A stretch of DNA of 63,986 nucleotides, the filler included, from Trypethelium eluteriae (lineage: Eukaryota), in NCBI GenBank assembly GCA_051942245.1. It is 3 parts of 3 records of this genome, joined end to end, with 100 filler letters (N's around TTAATTAATTAA, not from the genome) between each part and the next. Parts side by side here need not be neighbours in the genome. Positions count along the whole stretch, not along the records: positions 46,962 to 63,986 come from JAVECL010000601.1; 2 more parts are not named here. One strand, written 5' to 3'. This document shows positions 62,166 through 63,986 of this stretch, one piece after another (the stretch's first letter is position 1; each line of letters starts with the position of its first letter). The position numbers and the translations under genes are program-made. The notes beneath the pieces were generated by a model, which saw only the letters and a list, made by a program, of their open reading frames with translations, ran no database searches and was not told the origin of the DNA.

Positions 62166-62856
62166 TCAAGCTCTTCTAATCTCCCACTCCAGATCTTTGA
62201 TACTGACCTCTTCGCTTGCTTTTTCATCGTAATCGAACCATTCTCCTTCCGAGAGATCGATACCCGAGAAACTTGTACCCGATTCCAATCCTTTCGCAAG
62301 CCATTCGCCCTTGGAAGATAAATCTCAGTAAAAACAAGCATCTATTGCTTTGATGACACTTACATCAGCCTTGAATTCCACAAACTCGAGGCCTCGGCAA
62401 TCTAGTTCAATTATATTTTTCTTTTTTGGAGGAGACTGTTGTTCATAGCTGAAGGGAGCATTGATGATAGAGGCAGAGTGTTCCCGCTAAAGGTTTATCT
62501 GAGCCTGCGAAATTGGCGCGAATGGGGACCTTAGACGCAAACCTTGCAATTCTTGCATTTCCAGACAAAATTGGCTTCGCCTCGGCTCCCTGACTGCTCG
62601 TTCTTCTCCTGTCCAAGATGAACCTTGGGAATTCGAATGGCTGACATATGATGCTCACAAATCTACTGATACTGACCCAATTTGGATGAGTCTCTCGACA
62701 TGACGTGCATTGGACTTTGAATGTGTAGTAAAAAGGGCTATCTTCGGTGTCTTGAGGTCGAAGATCTGTAACACTGGAATACTTCAGATAAATTATAAGC
62801 AAAGGAAGAAGAATATGTCACCCTTCAAGCTCTGCGCTTAACGCAAGCGCCAGCAT
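62166..62856 (-). CDS. DUF866/CZIB (UPF0587) CXXC zinc-binding protein
   Basis: Five exons splice to MLALALSAELEGVTDLRP...FKVQCTSCRETH...GSRGEANFVWKCKNCK...DCRGLEF..F...GEW...EWFDYDEKA.EEVSI. Confidence 0.9.
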
Positions 62857-63137
62857 TTTGATAAAAGTTTCTAGATAGAGTAGATCAATTTCAAGTGGTC
62901 GATGATGAGTGGACAAGCAAGCGACGATGGTGATTGGCGAAGCGCATCGGGAGTTCAAAAGGACGACTACTCTACCGTAAGGTATGTAGGCACGATACCT
63001 TTGCGACGAAGCCACGCCGAGCTCCCTCATCTACAGCATTGCCTGCCGACAACCCAATCTTGGACTAGATATCGTCTTTAAGAGATATACCACTCCCACT
63101 TGTTTGCTATTGGAAGAAGCTGAAGCATGACGCGGTG

Positions 63138-63986
63138 ATGCAAAAGCTCTGGTCCCGGGCAATACAGACATCCTCATGCCGCTGCCCAGCATGCAGGTCT
63201 AGCACTCCGGGGATTGCCAGAAAAGGATCGACGGCTACTGCTGGTAGGCGACTTGGAAAAGTCTGCGTCTCATCTACGCTCTTCTATTCAACAGTCTTTG
63301 CTGCTGCGGCTGTTGCAGATGCTCGGGTTAAGCGAGAACGACGGCAACAGTGGGACGATGCAATCCAACGTGTGAAGGACACTGGCCTTGATGGATCAAG
63401 CCAAAAGACAAGAGAGGGAGATACCCAAGACCGGAACGAATCAATTAAGGAGGCATTGATCCCCGTGGATACATTGGGGGTTGAGAATGAACCAGGAGTT
63501 CATGGCAATCTCAATCTGCCCGCATTGTCTTATCAAGTCTCTTTGGACAGTACACTTCAAGCGAAAAGCGCCCATCACTCTCTACCTATGGAGCCATTGG
63601 ACCTAAGCGTTTTGTATGAGCCAATAAATGGAGAATCAGAGCCTCCCATCAACATGGGAGAATCGCCTCGCACGAATAACCATTTACCACCTCAATCTAT
63701 CTATGCTGGAGAGGTCCGACAAGACATAGCAGGTAGAAGACGGCATACGCCCAAGAAGATACAAACACTGAACCTCTCGATCGAAAGACTGGTCGTCCGC
63801 GCCCTCCTCTATTTCAAGATCTACGATTATCCCGGCCCTGCTTTGGAAGAGCTCCCATCCGCTATCCAACCCTTCGCGGCCCTACCTCGCTCATCCCTCC
63901 TGAGCATGCTCCAAAACCTCGAAGATCGCCACCAAGCCATCACCCATTCCTCGCCCTGGACCGCACCCTCCGACCACCCTCCCAAC
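63138..63986 (+). CDS. Conserved-type fungal hypothetical protein with mitochondrial-presequence-like N-terminus (3'-partial)
   Basis: ATG 63138: MQKLWSRA...CRCPAC...STLFYSTVFAAAAVADARVKRERRQQWDDAI. The frame appears to run off the window end, which would explain its absence from the ORF track. Confidence 0.7.
   Translation, partial: MQKLWSRAIQTSSCRCPACRSSTPGIARKGSTATAGRRLGKVCVSSTLFYSTVFAAAAVADARVKRERRQQWDDAIQRVKDTGLDGSSQKTREGDTQDRNESIKEALIPVDTLGVENEPGVHGNLNLPALSYQVSLDSTLQAKSAHHSLPMEPLDLSVLYEPINGESEPPINMGESPRTNNHLPPQSIYAGEVRQDIAGRRRHTPKKIQTLNLSIERLVVRALLYFKIYDYPGPALEELPSAIQPFAALPRSSLLSMLQNLEDRHQAITHSSPWTAPSDHPPN

Noticed and set aside
1..63986. CRISPR arrays, rRNA/tRNA genes, secondary-metabolite cluster
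   Set aside because: Eukaryotic sequence with no spacer-repeat array, tRNA cloverleaf or rRNA signature noticed, and no PKS/NRPS/terpene synthase backbone gene.

Overview
Gene-dense, intron-rich nuclear DNA from a filamentous ascomycete (Pezizomycotina; a Dothideomycete-like origin is my inference). Two identical artificial 100-nt N/TTAATTAATTAA spacers (23422-23521, 46862-46961) split it into three contigs, so adjacency across the spacers is unproven. About 27 protein-coding loci can be supported. Contig 1: S10 serine carboxypeptidase (5'-partial), truncated D-2-hydroxyacid dehydrogenase pseudogene, a large NLR-type NACHT-ankyrin-SPRY gene, Med22 (missed by the ORF track), DHFR, Ecm14, a Sec7-PH ARF-GEF, the succinate/fumarate carrier and twinfilin (partial). 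Contig 2: EBP-like protein (partial), a P-loop NTPase with a probable mitochondrial presequence, FWD-1-like F-box/WD40, a small membrane protein, Cpr6, Dtd1, Not3/5, a C2H2 transcription factor and a GT15 mannosyltransferase (partial). Contig 3: MFS transporter (partial), Dpb3-like histone fold, CLC channel, ABCG half-transporter, a MOSC-less Moco-sulfurase paralog, a UBA/AT-hook protein, DUF866 and a partial hypothetical gene. I found no tRNA, rRNA, CRISPR or intact transposon. Most notable: the NLR with an N-terminal PPPY motif and C-terminal SPRY; an oversized structured intron in the NTPase gene; tandem in-frame splice donors right after the Gly-Pro motif of DTD1; a presequence-like uORF overlapping the DHFR start; and recurring strand-symmetric C-rich-to-G-rich high-GC islands. 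Exon boundaries were inferred by hand from GT/branch-point/AG signals and frame continuity; family calls come from recognised motifs, not database searches.
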